A stretch of DNA of 64,000 nt, taken from assembly GCF_036365525.1 (NCBI RefSeq), contig NC_090397.1, forward strand, positions 35,221,679 through 35,285,678, given 5' to 3'. The notes beneath the pieces are model-generated. The model made no database searches and was not told where the DNA came from. It worked only from the letters and a program-made list of their open reading frames with translations. This stretch comes from Heterodontus francisci. Its lineage: Eukaryota. A program made the translations under genes and the position numbers. Positions 12,840-25,250 of the stretch are shown one piece after another (within the stretch, counting starts at the first letter, position 1; each line of letters starts with the position of its first letter).

Positions 12840-15645
12840 CTAACAACTTCTGCACTTCCGGGGCCCATATCCCTCTATTCCCTTCCTATTCATGTATTTG
12901 TCAAGATGTCTCTTAAACGTCGCTATCGTATCTGCTTCCACCACCTCCCCTGGCAGCAAGTTCCAGGCACTCACCACCCTCTGTGTAGAAAACTTGCCTC
13001 GCACATCCCCTCGAAACTTTGCCCCTCGCACCTTAAACCTATGTCCCCTAGTAACTGACTCTTCCACCCTGGGAAAAAGCTTCTGACTATCCACTCTGTC
13101 CATGCCGCTCATAACTTTGTAAACCTCTATCATGTCGCCCCTCCTCCTCCGTCGTTCCAGTGAAAACAATCCGAGTTTTTCCAACCTCTCCTCGTAGCTA
13201 ATGCCCTCCAGACCAGGCAACACCCTGGTAAACCTCCTCTGTACCCTCTCCAAAGCCTCCACGTCCTTCTGCTAGTGTGGCGACCAGAATTGCATGCAAT
13301 ATTCTAAGTGTGGCATAACTAAGGTTCTGTACAGCTGCAACATGACTTGCCAATTTTTATACTCTATGCCCCGACCGATGAAGGCAAGCATGCCGTGTGC
13401 CTTCTTGACTACCTTATCCACCTGCGTTGCCACTTTCAGTGACCTGTGGACCTGTACACCCAGATCTCTCTGCCTGTCAATACTCCTAAGGGTTCTGCCA
13501 TTTACTGTATACCTCCCACCTGCATTAGACCTTCCAAAATGCATTACCTCACATTTGTCCGGATTAAACTCCATCTGCCATTTCTCCGCCCAAGTCTCCA
13601 CCCGATCTATATCCTGCTGTATCCTCTGACAATCCTCATCATTATCCGCAACTCCACCAACCTTTGTGTCGTCCGCAAACTTACTAATCAGACCAGCTAC
13701 ATTTTCCTCCAAATCATTTATATATACTACAAAGAGCAAAGGTCCCAGTACTGATCCCTGCGGAACACCACTAGTCACAGCCCTCCATTCAGAAAAACAC
13801 CCATCCACTGTTACCCTCTGTCTTCTGTGACTGAGCCAGTTCTGTATCCATCTTGCCAGCTCACCTCTGATCCTGTGTGACTTCACCTTTTGCACCAGTC
13901 TGCCATGCGGGACCTTGTCAAAGGCTTTACTAAAGTCCATATAGATAACATCCACCACCATTCCCTCATCAATCATCTTCGTCACTTCCTCAAAAAACTC
14001 AATCAATTAGTAAGACACGACCTCCCCTTCACAAAACCATGCTGTCTCTCGCTAATAAGTTTGTTTGTTTCCAAAGGGGAGTAAATCCTGTCCCGAAGAA
14101 TCCTCTCTAATAGTTTCCCTACCACTGACGTAAGGCTCACCGGCCTATAATTTCCCTGGATTATCCTTGCCACCCTTCTTAAACAAAGGAACAACATTGG
14201 CTATTCTCCAGTCCTCTGGGACCTCACCTGTAGCCAATGAGGATGCAAAGATTTCTGTCAAGGCCCCAGCAATTTCTTCCCTTGCCTCCCTCAGTATTCT
14301 AGGGTAGATCCCATCAGGCCCTGGGGACTTATCTACCTTAATGCTTTGCAAGACACCCAACACCTGCTCCTTTTTGATAATGAGATGACTGAGACTATCT
14401 GCACTCCCTTCCCTCGGCTCATCATCCACCAAGTCCTTCCCCTTGGTGAATACTGATGCAAAGTACTCATTTAGCACCTCGCCCATTTCCTCTGGCTCCA
14501 TGCATAGATTCCCATCTCTATCCTTGAGTGGGCCAACCCTTTCCCTGGTTACCCTCTTGCTCTTTATATATGTATAAAAAGCCTTGGGATTTTCCTTAAT
14601 CCTGTTTGCCAATGACTTTTCATGACCCCTTTTAGCCCTCCTAACTCCTTGCTTAAGTTCCTTCCTACTGTCTTTATATTCCTCAAGTGCTTCATCTGTT
14701 CCTAGCCTTCCAGCCCTTACAAATGCTTCCTTTTTCTTTTTGACTAGGCTCACAATATCCCATGTTATCCAAGCTTCCCGAAACTTGCCAAACTTGTCTT
14801 TCTTCCTCACAGGAACATGCTGGTCCTGGATTCTAATCAGCTGACGTTTGAAAGACTCCCACATGTCAGATGTTGATTTACCCTCAAACAGCCGCCCCCA
14901 ATCTAAATTCCTCAGTTCCTGCCGAATATTGTTATAATTAGCCTTCCCCCAATTTAGCACCTTCACCCGAGGACTACTCTTATCCTTATCCACAGGTACC
15001 TTAAAACTTATGGAATTATGGTCACTGCTCCCGAAATGCTCCCCCACTGAAACTTCGACCACCTGGTCGGGCTCATTCCCCGATACCAGGTCCAGAATGG
15101 CCCCATCCCTAGTTGGACTATCTACATACTGTTTCAGGAAGCCCTCCTGGATGCTCCTCACAAATTCTGCCCCATCCAAGCCCCTAGCACTAAGTGAGTC
15201 CCAGTCAATATTGGGGAAGTTAAAATCACCCACCACGACAACCCTGTTACCTTTACATCTTTCCAAAATCTGTCTACATATCTGCTCCTCTACCTCCTGC
15301 TGGCTGTTGGGAGGCCTGTAGTAAACCCCCAACATCGTGACTGCACCCTTCCTATTCCTGAGCTCCACCCATATTGCCTCGCTGCATGACCCCTCTGAGG
15401 TGTCCTCCCGCAGTACAGCTGTGATATTCTCCTTAACCAGTAATGCAACTCCCCCACCCCTTTTACATCCTCCTCTATCCCGCCTGAAGCTTCTAAAGCC
15501 TGGAACATTTAGCTGCCAATCCTGCCCTTCCCTCATCCAAGTCTCTGTAATAGCAACAACATCATATTTCCAAGTACTAATCCAAGCTCTAAGTTCATCT
15601 GCCTTACCTGTTATACTTCACGCATTGAAACAAATGCACTTCAGA
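12840..15645 (-). pseudogene. CR1 ORF2 (AP endonuclease plus reverse transcriptase)
   Basis: Collinear ORFs 14145-15536 (GVYYRPP, VGDFNFP, SDH), 14003-14197, 13272-14006 (DFSKAFD, VPQGSVLGP, FADD) and 12840-13262. Two frameshifts plus stops. Confidence 0.93.
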
Positions 15646-15778
15646 CCACCAGTCCCGCTGTGCTCAGCAACATCTCCCTGCCTGCTCTTCCTCTTAGTCC
15701 TACTGGCCTTATTTACTATGTCCTCCTCATTTACTTCACTAGCTGTCCTACTGCTCTGGTTCCCACCCCCCTGCCACA

Positions 15779-16711
15779 CTAGTTTAAACCCTCCCGAGTG
15801 ACGCTAGCAAACCTTGCAGCCAGGATATTAGTGCCCTTCCAGTTTAGATGCAACCCATCCTTCTTGTACAGGTCCCATCTGTCCCTGAAGAGAGCCCAAT
15901 GGTCCAGATATCTGAAACCCTCCCTTCTACACCAGCTGCTCAGCCACATGTTTAGCTGCACTATCTTCCTATTTCTAGCCTCACTGGCACGTGGCACAGG
16001 GAGTAATCCAGAGATTACAACCCTAGAGGTCCTGTTTTTTAACTTACTACCTAACTCCCTAAACTACCCCTGCAGGACCTCATCACTCTTCCTGCCTATG
16101 TCATTGGTACCGATGTGTACCACAACCTCTGGCTGTTCACCCTCCCCCTTCAGAATGCCCTCTGTCCGTTCAGAGACATCCTTGACCCTGGCACCAGGGA
16201 GGCAACATACCTTCCTGGAGTCTCTTTCACGTCCACAGAAGTGCCTATCTGTGCCCCTGACTATAGAGTCCCCTATAACTATTGCTCTTCTGCGTTTTGT
16301 CCCTCCCTGCTGAACAACAGTGCCAGCCGTGGTGCCACTGCTCTGGCTGCTGCTGTTTTCCCCTGATAGGCCATCCCCCCCAACAGTATCCAAAACGGTA
16401 TACTTGTTAGAGAGTGGGATAGTCACAGGGGATTCCTGCACTGACTGCCTGCCCCTTCTAGCGGTCACCCATCTATCTGCCTGCACTTTGGGTGTAACCA
16501 CTTCTCTAAAACTCCTGTCTATGATGCTCTCCGCCACCTGCATGCTCCTAAGTGCATCCAGTTGCCACTCCAACCGATCCATGCGGTCTGTGAGGAGCTG
16601 CAACTGGGTACACTTCCTGCAGATGTTGTCGCCCGGAACGCTGGAAGCGTCACAGACTTCCCACATCTCACAGGTGAAGCACTTCACCCCTCGAACTGAC
16701 ATTTCTATCAC
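15779..16711 (-). pseudogene. CR1 ORF1: Zn-finger/coiled coil plus SGNH (GDSL-like) esterase domain
   Basis: CFTC..CRKC and leucine zipper. SGNH blocks IGDSIVRG, LPGA, HIGTNDI, then DGLH in ORF 15779-15997. One in-frame stop at 16064. Confidence 0.9.
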
Positions 16712-16941
16712 TAATTAGTTAATTGATATAAAATAAATAAATACTTATTAAATCCTTACTAAATTATGATACACTTCACGATGTGGTCCCTGGTGCTAGA
16801 TTTCTACAATAAATATTAAATGCTGTCTAAATACAGTAATCTCCTCCCTCTGGTTTAGTTACTCTACTTATTAATTAGTTAATTAGTGTTTTCATCAATT
16901 TTTATCAGTTTTATTTTCAAATTCAGTACAGATTTCCTACC

Positions 16942-16974
16942 AGCCAATCAGGTCACAGCTTTCCTGTGACGTCA
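16942..16974. promoter_or_regulatory. CCAAT box plus CRE palindrome in the CR1 5' UTR (candidate internal promoter)
   Basis: agccaatca at 16942 and TGACGTCA at 16967-16974. Motif match only. Confidence 0.35.
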
Positions 16975-17000
16975 CTTTTTCTGTTTTTTTTTCCCCACCT

Positions 17001-17236
17001 GAGGTAACTTACCGGTCTGGAACTCTTCCCTGCGAGTCTGCTCCGAGTATCCCCGAGGTAAGTTTTTTATACTTACCGCTCTGGAACTCCGCCCTCCGAG
17101 TCTGCTCCATGAATCCCCGAGGTAAGTTTTGATTCTTACCGGTCTGGAACTCCGCCCTCCGAGTCTGCTCCGAGAATCCCGAGGTAAGTTTTTTATTCTT
17201 ACCGCTCTGGAACTCCGCCCTCCCAGTCTGCTCCTG
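17001..17236. repeat. Four tandem 54-64 bp monomers forming the CR1 5' end
   Basis: Units start gaggtaa at 17001, 17055, 17119 and 17181 and share ttaccg.tctggaactc..ccct.c.agtctgctcc. Confidence 0.9.
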
Positions 17237-17574
17237 GATAGGAAGAAACTTTTTCTCTTAGCGGAGGTTTCAATAACCAGAGGCCATAGATTAAAGGTGA
17301 GGGGCAGGAGGATTAGAGGGGATTTGAGGAAAAACATTTTCACCCAGAGGGTGATTGGAATCTGGAACACACTGCCTGAAGGGGTGATAGAGGCAGGAAC
17401 CCTCACAACATTTAAGAAGTATTTAGATGAGCACTTAAAACGCCATAGCATACAAGGCTATGGGCCAAGTGCTGGAAAATGGGATTGGAATAGTTAGGTG
17501 CATGATGGCCGGAATGGACATGATGGGCTGAAGGGCCTGTTTCTGTGCTGTATAACTCTATGACTCTTATGACT

Positions 17575-17860
17575 GTTAGCTGATCTCAGCTGGGACCATC
17601 GTAGGGGCACTATGATTGCCTTGGGCATCCCTAGGTCAGGGAGGGAAAAATCAACCATGGTTCCCATTCTTGTCATTATCCATCCATTGCTGGAAGTGTA
17701 TGGATGTAGATTTCAGATAAAGGAAGGATCAGGTTTGACTGGAGCATCTTGCACCTGCATTACACATGACTACTGGCCACTTGAGTCAGGTACTGGAAAG
17801 TGAGCAGTGCTCGTGGGACAGTCCTCCAGCAATGAGCCAATGCCTCCAGGGGGGAAGAAA
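17575..17860 (+). repeat. Old SINE-like interspersed repeat (related, more diverged copy near 26730-26950)
   Basis: Both loci share the order ctc/ttcttg..ttatcca..tgctgg..agga.aggat..gg..tg.ct. Confidence 0.4.
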
Positions 17861-18177
17861 ACTGATGATGAAATAAATACATAACAACTCAAAAAGGATC
17901 AGCTACATACTGAAGGTAAGCATAAATGAAGCCTGCCTATATTTATTACGAATGTTGGCTACAAATCATTCTTGTGCATGGTGCTGTACACTTCTGCACA
18001 TACTTATATCCAAATTCTTCATGACAAGACTGTTTTGTTCACTACATTTGAAAGATCATCCTGGTGGGACTTCATGTTGTGCCATGATCTACAGAATGGA
18101 AGGTTGTCCATCATAAGTATGATCATTTTATGTGGTTCCTGAGATGTCTGAGGACATTGCAGAGGAACATTAATAGT

Positions 18178-18310
18178 TCCGATGAAGGGTCACTGACCCG
18201 AAACGTTAACTCTGCTTCTCTTTCCACAGATGCTGCCTGACCTGCTGAGTGATTCCAGCATTTCTTGTTTTTATTTCAGATTTCCAGCATCCGCAGTATT
18301 TTGCTTTTAT
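18178..18310 (+). mobile_element. Short Penelope-type retroposon beginning with a hammerhead ribozyme core
   Basis: 12-bp TSD AACATTAATAGT (18166-18177 / 18311-18322). Starts with ccgatga-a-gggtc-act-gaccc-gaaac. Confidence 0.8.
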
Positions 18311-19071
18311 AACATTAATAGTCTACAGCATTATGGAACAAAAAAACCCCCCTCAATATAACATCATCCAAAATGCATAGTTACAAAGTTTTTAATTATT
18401 GATCATTTTGTGTGAACCTGGCCCCAAGCAGATGACGCACAGTCCATAAAATTGTCAGCTTGATTCTGAGTCGGGCTTGAGGCTACGAGCAGGGCAAAAT
18501 GAAAATCTATTCAGTGTGACAGGTATATTTGACTAAATCGGAGATTCAAGATGGGGGTAAAATGTCAGATTAATGACAGGTCTGTTTTAGAAATGCTCCA
18601 TGCCTTTTTGTAATGTTTCCTCCTGATTCCTTCCCGTTGAAAGCTTGAAAGTACCTTCGTTCTTTCTGCAGACCAATGCTGAATTATCTTCATGAAAACA
18701 ATAGACTATCACACAATAGTCCAATAAAGTACTGCAGGGTGAATAATCCAGTCAGGAGTGGAATAATATGCATTAAATAACTGAAAGGCTGCATACCAGA
18801 AGAATAGTGCAGTTCCAAATGAGCTATCTGTGAGTAAAATGAAAGTTGAAAATTGCATTCCACCCAATTACCAATTATGAGACTGTCAAATGAAGGGAAT
18901 GATGTTAAAGTGGAACAATGAAAGTCTGTAGGTGACAAACACATGGTAACATATAAAAGACCAGTAGCTAGTTGTTTTTTTACAGCAACTCATCAAATTT
19001 GATTATTTCTAAGGGCAACAATACACTCGCATACCTGATCTAAAATGTCCAACATTGTCATTTATTGCTAG

Positions 19072-19919
19072 TGTTACGACCAGGTGAGAAAGGTGTTGAG
19101 GGATCTTTTAGTGTCTTCACCTGGTCTTATTGTAGCAGGGTTTAATTTTTAAACACACTGTGTTTTGAGCTCTCCTTTGGTGAATCCTTGTTCACTGCTT
19201 TCCAATTATAAGGCAAAAAATGAACACACTAGGTTTTCTTAGGTTTAAAGAAGAAAAGTGAAATTTATTAAAATTTGCACTTAAGCATTAATTCGGTTAG
19301 CGCCTACGGATACACGCCGCACCCCACGCTAGCATGCATATGCAATATGCACATGCAAATAGGGACAGAAAAGAGAAGAAAAATAAAATGGAGAGGTTTG
19401 AGGCAATCTCTGAAGAGGGGTTTCATGTTACTATTTTTGTTTCCAGCTCACCATAGAGTCTTTGATTGTAAACAGCTCTTACTTTTCGTTGGGGCCCAGT
19501 ATTCTTCTTAAACCTTGTTCACATAGGAGATCTTTCTCTCTTTGAGTTCATGTGTCTTCAATGGGTCTTCTGTTCCATGAGAAAGAGATGGGAGCAGATA
19601 AGAGAGAGATGTTCTCAGTCCAGCAGCAAACAGCTTTCTGAGTTTCTTTTTCTCAGCAAGTTCAAATTTAAAAAAAAACTCCAAGTCAGTTTGTCATGTG
19701 ACCAAACTGTTCTGACCAGGTCTTCTGTGTACTGGGGAAGCAAGGACTGGATCCCTTGTCCCAACACTGTCTGCTAGCATGCAAATGTCTTTCCAGTCAG
19801 GGGCTTGGTAATTCCTTGTGATAGGCCCTCTTTTCTTCCCAGCCACAATTTTAAGTTTTAATGTTCATGTGGTGAAATAATGTGTGCCTCAGTCTTGGCA
19901 GGTGGGGGCCTGCATGACA
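19072..19919 (-). mobile_element. Solo LTR-A
   Basis: tgttacgac...catgaca termini, 4-bp TSD CTAG, collinear with 1579-2380. Confidence 0.92.
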
Positions 19920-20004
19920 CTAGGTAAAAATAAACTTCCATTCTCCAGCATTGCCATCCCAATATAAATCTGAGACACGGAAGTAAAAGCATATTAGAGT
20001 TAAA

Positions 20005-20294
20005 GGGGGTGAAATTGGTCACCATAGCAGTGTTAAACAGGCATGTAGCAAATCAGCAGGCAAATTTTCACCGTGTCAGTTTTTATTTTCTAATGACTTG
20101 GAAGCTATTGCTAAGATTTTTAATTTGAAACCAAGCAAAAGCAACAGTTAGACTAGAAAATGAGTCTCCCAAAGGAGATTGAAATATCATTCTGTGGACT
20201 TCAGTGGAAAGAAGATTGTGCATGGTGAAACAAATCAGCTGCTGATTTGCTCCAAGCCTATTTCTCACTGCTGGCATGAACTAATTTCACCCCC
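20005..20294. mobile_element. 290-bp Harbinger-type MITE
   Basis: Perfect 12-bp TIR gggggtgaaatt/aatttcaccccc with 3-bp flanks AAA/AAA. Confidence 0.75.
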
Positions 20295-20361
20295 AAAGAC
20301 CCTCAACAAAACAGTACAGCATAACACTGTTAATACAAACTTTGCTCATAGAAAGTTGTAG

Positions 20362-21427
20362 TGTGACAATGGTAATAGAATGGTTTAGAAGATAATTACT
20401 GAAATTTTTCTACTCCATCATGCCATGATAGTGCTTCCATTTTTTGTTAAATACTTTTTGAGGACTCATTTAAATTGTGGAAATGGATTCATTTTGGAAG
20501 GCTGAAGATTTCATAGATGCTGGACTTTGTTTTTTTTGTTGAAAGTTCACTGAAAGGACACTGAGAGGTCTTGTCAGAAAACAAATCTTTACTGGATATC
20601 ATATGCTTTAAACTCAATAAACAATAGAAACCTTGGTGACTTGGGGAAGATGTTTACAGAGAAGTGACATGTCAAGGTTTATGAAGGTCAGGAATTGGTT
20701 TTGCTTCTGAGATATTGTTTTGGTTCAGTTGGGGTGTGGTCAGTGTTGAAAAGCAGTTAGTTTTGTAGCCTGCTGAAAAAGAAACCCCTAGCTCATCTTT
20801 CCTGTACCTCTCTAAGAGACCCTACGAAATCTAGTGTGTCAGTTCCTCTTTCTCTACCTCTTTGAAAAAAACCCTGCGAATTCAGAGTGTGATAACTGAA
20901 ACCTCTGATGCCACATTTTTCCTGGAAAGTCTACAGACTATTTCTCGACATCTCCAAAACAAACTGCTACTGAAAAGATCCCAGTGATCCATCTGCGTAT
21001 ACCCAGACTCCAGACCAGAAGGGACAACTTACATCCTTCCATATCTTCTCTTTTTTTCTTCATGACTTAGCAAGCATTTAGCCAAAGTATTCATTTTTTG
21101 TCTTTTTTTGTAAACAACCTCTGCAGAGAGAACTTCCTTATTTTGTTCAGTGTGTGTGAGTTTGTGTGTGGGGTATTTAAAAAGGGAATTTTTCATATTT
21201 CAATTTGTTAATGCTTTGCTTTGTTACTGGATAAGTCTTGTTTTTATAATAAACTGATAATTTTGTTGTTTATTAAAGAAACCTGGTTGGTGTATTTTAT
21301 TCTGGGATAAAGAGTAGAGTATATGATTGACCATATTGAAAACTGGGTCGAGATTTAAATATATGTTTGACTTGTGGAGAAGTGGAACCAGAAAAGATAG
21401 TGCACTCCTCCCGCCTCAGTCGTAACA
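20362..21427 (+). mobile_element. Solo LTR, family B
   Basis: tgtgaca...cgtaaca termini, aataaa near the 3' end, homology to 3871-4823. Left boundary approximate. Confidence 0.75.
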
Positions 21428-21802
21428 ATCATTAAATGTACAAAGAGTCTCAATGTTTAATTAGGCAGTTTAGTAAGTGTGATATAAGGCTGAGTTGCTA
21501 TTGTTTGTATTCTGGTCGTACTGAACTCCTTAGTAAATCAGCCTTCCTACTCACATCTATTCTAAATATCAGCTAAGTTTTAGCCAGGAATAGCTTGTAG
21601 GGTTGGGCACGGTGGGGGAATTAAACCAGGAATTGACTCCAACCCAACTTCTGCATTTAACTTGAGCGCATTAGGCTGCATGCGTGCAACTCCCTGGGTA
21701 GATCATATCATATGTTAATCCACTCAATTAATGCGATATTTACACTCTATTTGACTCTATCGTCAGGTCTGCAGGTATCCTGGTCTTTCTGACACATCAT
21801 CC

Positions 21803-22534
21803 ACGTCACACAAGTGCCAGGCAATGACCATCTCCAACAAGAGATAATCTAACCATTTCCCCTTGACATTCATTGGCATTACCATTGCTGAATCCCCCAC
21901 CATCAACATCCTGGGGGTTACCATTGACCAGGAACTTAACTGGATCAGCTATATAAATACTGTGACTACAAGAGCAGGTCATATGCTGGGAATTCTGCCG
22001 CAAGTAACTCACCTCCTGATTCTCCAATGCCTGTCCACCATCTACAAGACACAAGTCAGGAGTGTGATGGAACATTCTTCACTTGCCTGGATGGGGGCAG
22101 CTCCAACAACACTCAAAAAACTTGACACCATCCAAGACAAAGCAGCCACTTGATTGGTACCCCATCCACCACCTTATACATTCATTCCCTCCACCACCAG
22201 TGCACAGTGGCAGCAGATGTACTGCAGCAACTCACCAAGACTCCTTCAACAGCACCTTCTAAACTTGCAACCTCTATCACCTAGAAGGACAAGGGCAGCA
22301 GGTGCATGGGAACACCACCACCTGGCAAGTTTCCCTCCAAGTCACACTCCATCCTTCACTGTTGTTGGTTCAAAATCTTGTAGCTCTCTCCCTAACAGCA
22401 CTGTAGATGTATCAACATCACAAGGACTGCAGCAGTTCAAGAAGGCAGCTCACCTCTACTAACTGAAGGTCAATTAGGGATGGGTAATAAATGCTGGTTT
22501 GCCAGAAATGCAAAACATCCCAAGAAATAAAAAA
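21803..22534 (+). mobile_element. L2/Crack-group LINE 3' fragment
   Basis: ILGVTIDQELNW and YKTQVRSVMEHSSLAWMGA. Tail caattagggatgggtaataaatgctgg followed by an A-run. Confidence 0.85.
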
Positions 22535-24039
22535 TTGTGTAACAGTGAAGCTTGGACCTGCAGAGGAACAAGGCAAGTAGCTCAAATCCTCCTCAGATGT
22601 CTTGGAGGGGAAAGATGAAGAAGAAGATGATGAGGAGGAGGGTGATGAGGGAAGTGGACCCCCAGCTGCTCACATTGATGCCAAGGATGGCCTTATTAAT
22701 GCAAGGTTCACTTAGGCTGCACCAGTGGCCATGTCACTAGGACAGACAAATGTTACTCTTCCCGCTCCCCTCCCTTCCCACTGATGCCACTGACACAAAG
22801 CAGTCCCTCAAACAATGAACCACCCCTTCAGCAATCCCATTGATCCCCTCACATTCATCATCAAACAACCTAGAAGGTCAATTATTCACCCAGCACCCAA
22901 GAATGGACAAGATAGGAGAGTGGTGGAAAAGAATAACATTTAAGTGATGCAAATAATGACCAGAAACTTAGCAAAACAACATTTTCTCAGATACCCATGT
23001 GCATACCCTTGCACAACTTCAAAGTCTAACTTTTCCATTCTTTTCTACCACTGGTGTAACCTCTGGCTTCAGCAGAGTATGAGGCTGGCTGCTAATATCC
23101 ATGTTCTGACTGCTGAGATGTTCTTGACCAACATCCTCTGGGTTTTGGAGCCCGTGTGGGTCCCACCAAGGACTGCTCCATCTGCATCTGCGCAGGGGCA
23201 GAAAAAGCTGTTAGAAGATGAGGCACCATGTGGGCTAGTGAATGGGAGGTGAACTGTGGTTGAGAAGTGGAAGCTTTTTGAGTGGAATCCCCACTTCAAT
23301 GTCCCCTTTCATCATCATCATCCCTTCATGGGCCAACTGCCTTCACTGCTACCACTGTGCTGGAAAACACTTTGGTGCAGATCAGTGAGACACTGAAAGG
23401 CAAAGGTATCTGTCAATCTATTTACGGTAGCAGACATATTGGCATCCAGAGTTGGCATGGTGCTGGTGAAGGCAAGCAGGGACTCATTTGATTGGAGTTT
23501 TTGGCGTTCCATGTAAGAATACATCCTCCCAATGGCCTGCGGCATCAACCCACTCATGCTTGAGTTGGACTCCTGCAATCTCTCTGCAATTGTGTGAATC
23601 CACCTTGAAGGCCCGTCAGTACATTGTACATTGTCTTCTGCTGCTCAATGATTGTCCTCTCATCAATGGCCCACGAGGTACAGCATCTGTGTCCAGCAGA
23701 GCAGAACCTGGAGAGGGCTGCATCGTCTGACGCCGACTCTCCATTGCTGTCCCTGTCGCCTCGTTCTGCTCTTGCTCGCTTGTGAAGTGTGAGTCAGCAG
23801 GTGAAATCTGCTTTACTGGTTCCACTGAAGTGCGAGTATCTGAGCTGGTGCATGGTTTGCATTAATTTTGTGATGGCACTTCATCAGAAGGACTCTGCTC
23901 TTCGGAAGATTTGTTGTTGCCTGCCATGTCCACTGACTCCTACATGCGTGAAGTCCCTAGGAGAGATAAAAAGCATGAGTTAGCTGTGGCAATCTACAAA
24001 TGACAAAGATTATAATTTTTCACAGACTGAGTGCTGTAT

Positions 24040-24453
24040 GATTTTTTTTGTTCTTTCATGGGACGTAGGCGTTGCTGCCAAGGCCAGCATTTGTTGCCCA
24101 TCCCTAATTGTCTTTGACAACTGAATGTCTTGCTTGGCTATTTCACAGGGCAGTTAAGAATCAACCACATTGCTGTAGGTTGGACTCGCATGTAGGCCAG
24201 ACCAGGTAAGCACAGCAGATTTCCTTCCCGAAAGAACCATATGGGTTTTTACAACAATCGATGATGGTTTCTTGACACCATTACGAAGAATGGCTTTTGA
24301 TTCGAGATTTTTATTAATTATTTGAATTTATTAATTAATTGAATTTAAATTCCACGAGCTGCCGTAGTGGTATTTGAGCCCGTGTCCCCAGGTTGTTAAC
24401 CTGGGCCTCTGTATTCCTAGTTCAGTGATATTACCCTACGCCACCATCTCCCC
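24040..24453 (-). mobile_element. tRNA-derived SINE (family S1)
   Basis: Reverse complement of 3378-3763. Starts ggggagatggtggcgtag and has a T-run at 24042. Confidence 0.88.
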
Positions 24454-24474
24454 GAGTGGCCTTTATTTAATCAA

Positions 24475-25250
24475 AGTGACTCCTGACAATGCAGCAGCCC
24501 GCCGACGTCATCAGTGTTGCAAACTGCGCACATGCTCAAACGGGCTCCTAATCTCTGCACATGCGCGACCTGCCGTCGTGCCAGGGCTGGTTGGCGCATG
24601 CGCGGGAAAACGTCATCGCGCAGCATCAACATCATCGCGTAACGCGCCTGTTCGGTCTCTGCGCATGCGTTTGGCGTTCATGCATGCCTGGTAAAGCGTC
24701 CAAATGTTCCCCGCTCCTCGTTTCCCACACCTCACCCCTTCACCTCCACTCTCCAACCACTAGCTCCCCACTTCCCGCATCCCCCCCCACCCCCAGCCAC
24801 TGGCTCAAGACCCGCTTCCCTCCTCTCGGCCACTTGCTCCTACATCAACCCGTCACCCACCTTGCTTCTCGGGTGGCATGCAAAGAACGATCGAACCTCA
24901 GAGTGAGTGGCCCAAAGAAGATTAGTGGTGTGGCCTGGAACTAGCAGCTAGAGGAGGGTGTGGAACGAGCGGCCAGACAGCGGGGCTGTGGGGAGCGAAA
25001 GGCCAGAGAGCGAGGGGGCGGGCAGCGAGAGGCAAGAGAGTGGGTGAGGGGGTGCAGGGGGTGGGGAGCTAACAACCGGAGAGCAGGGGTATGGGAGTGA
25101 GAGGCCAGAGAGCAGAAGGGATGGGGAGCGAGAGGCCGTAGAGCGGGGATGCAGGGATAAATCTGTGATAACCTGAGCAGCTACATTTTCTGTGATAAAT
25201 TGAGCAGCGCCATTTTTAATCCTGGCAGCTGCCTGAACATCACAGGCAGT
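24475..25250. mobile_element. Unclassified CpG-rich foldback-like element
   Basis: Repeated gcgcatgcg palindromes. C-rich arm (24710-24840) is mirrored by G-rich repeats (24950-25150). Terminal hairpin ctgcctg-N7-caggcag. Confidence 0.5.

Larger units (their letters stand above)
12766..17236 (-). mobile_element. Full-length CR1 LINE (about 4.5 kb), mildly decayed
   Basis: 5' tandem monomers, ORF1, APE-RT ORF2, 3' UTR and a tgttct-type tail. Flanked by GATAG (12761-12765 / 17237-17241). Confidence 0.93.
12243..17574 (+). mobile_element. CR1 3' portion (host), split by a full-length antisense CR1
   Basis: The reading MRGIDRVDR|KKLFLLAEVSITRGHRLKV continues across the insert (12765 to 17237). 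Ends in a ctctatgact repeat tail. Confidence 0.9.

Noticed and set aside
15779-16711. Host or horizontally acquired GDSL lipase
   Set aside because: It occupies the ORF1 position of a CR1, a known domain architecture.
17001-17236. CRISPR-like short array
   Set aside because: These are tandem monomers of the CR1 5' UTR, without spacers.
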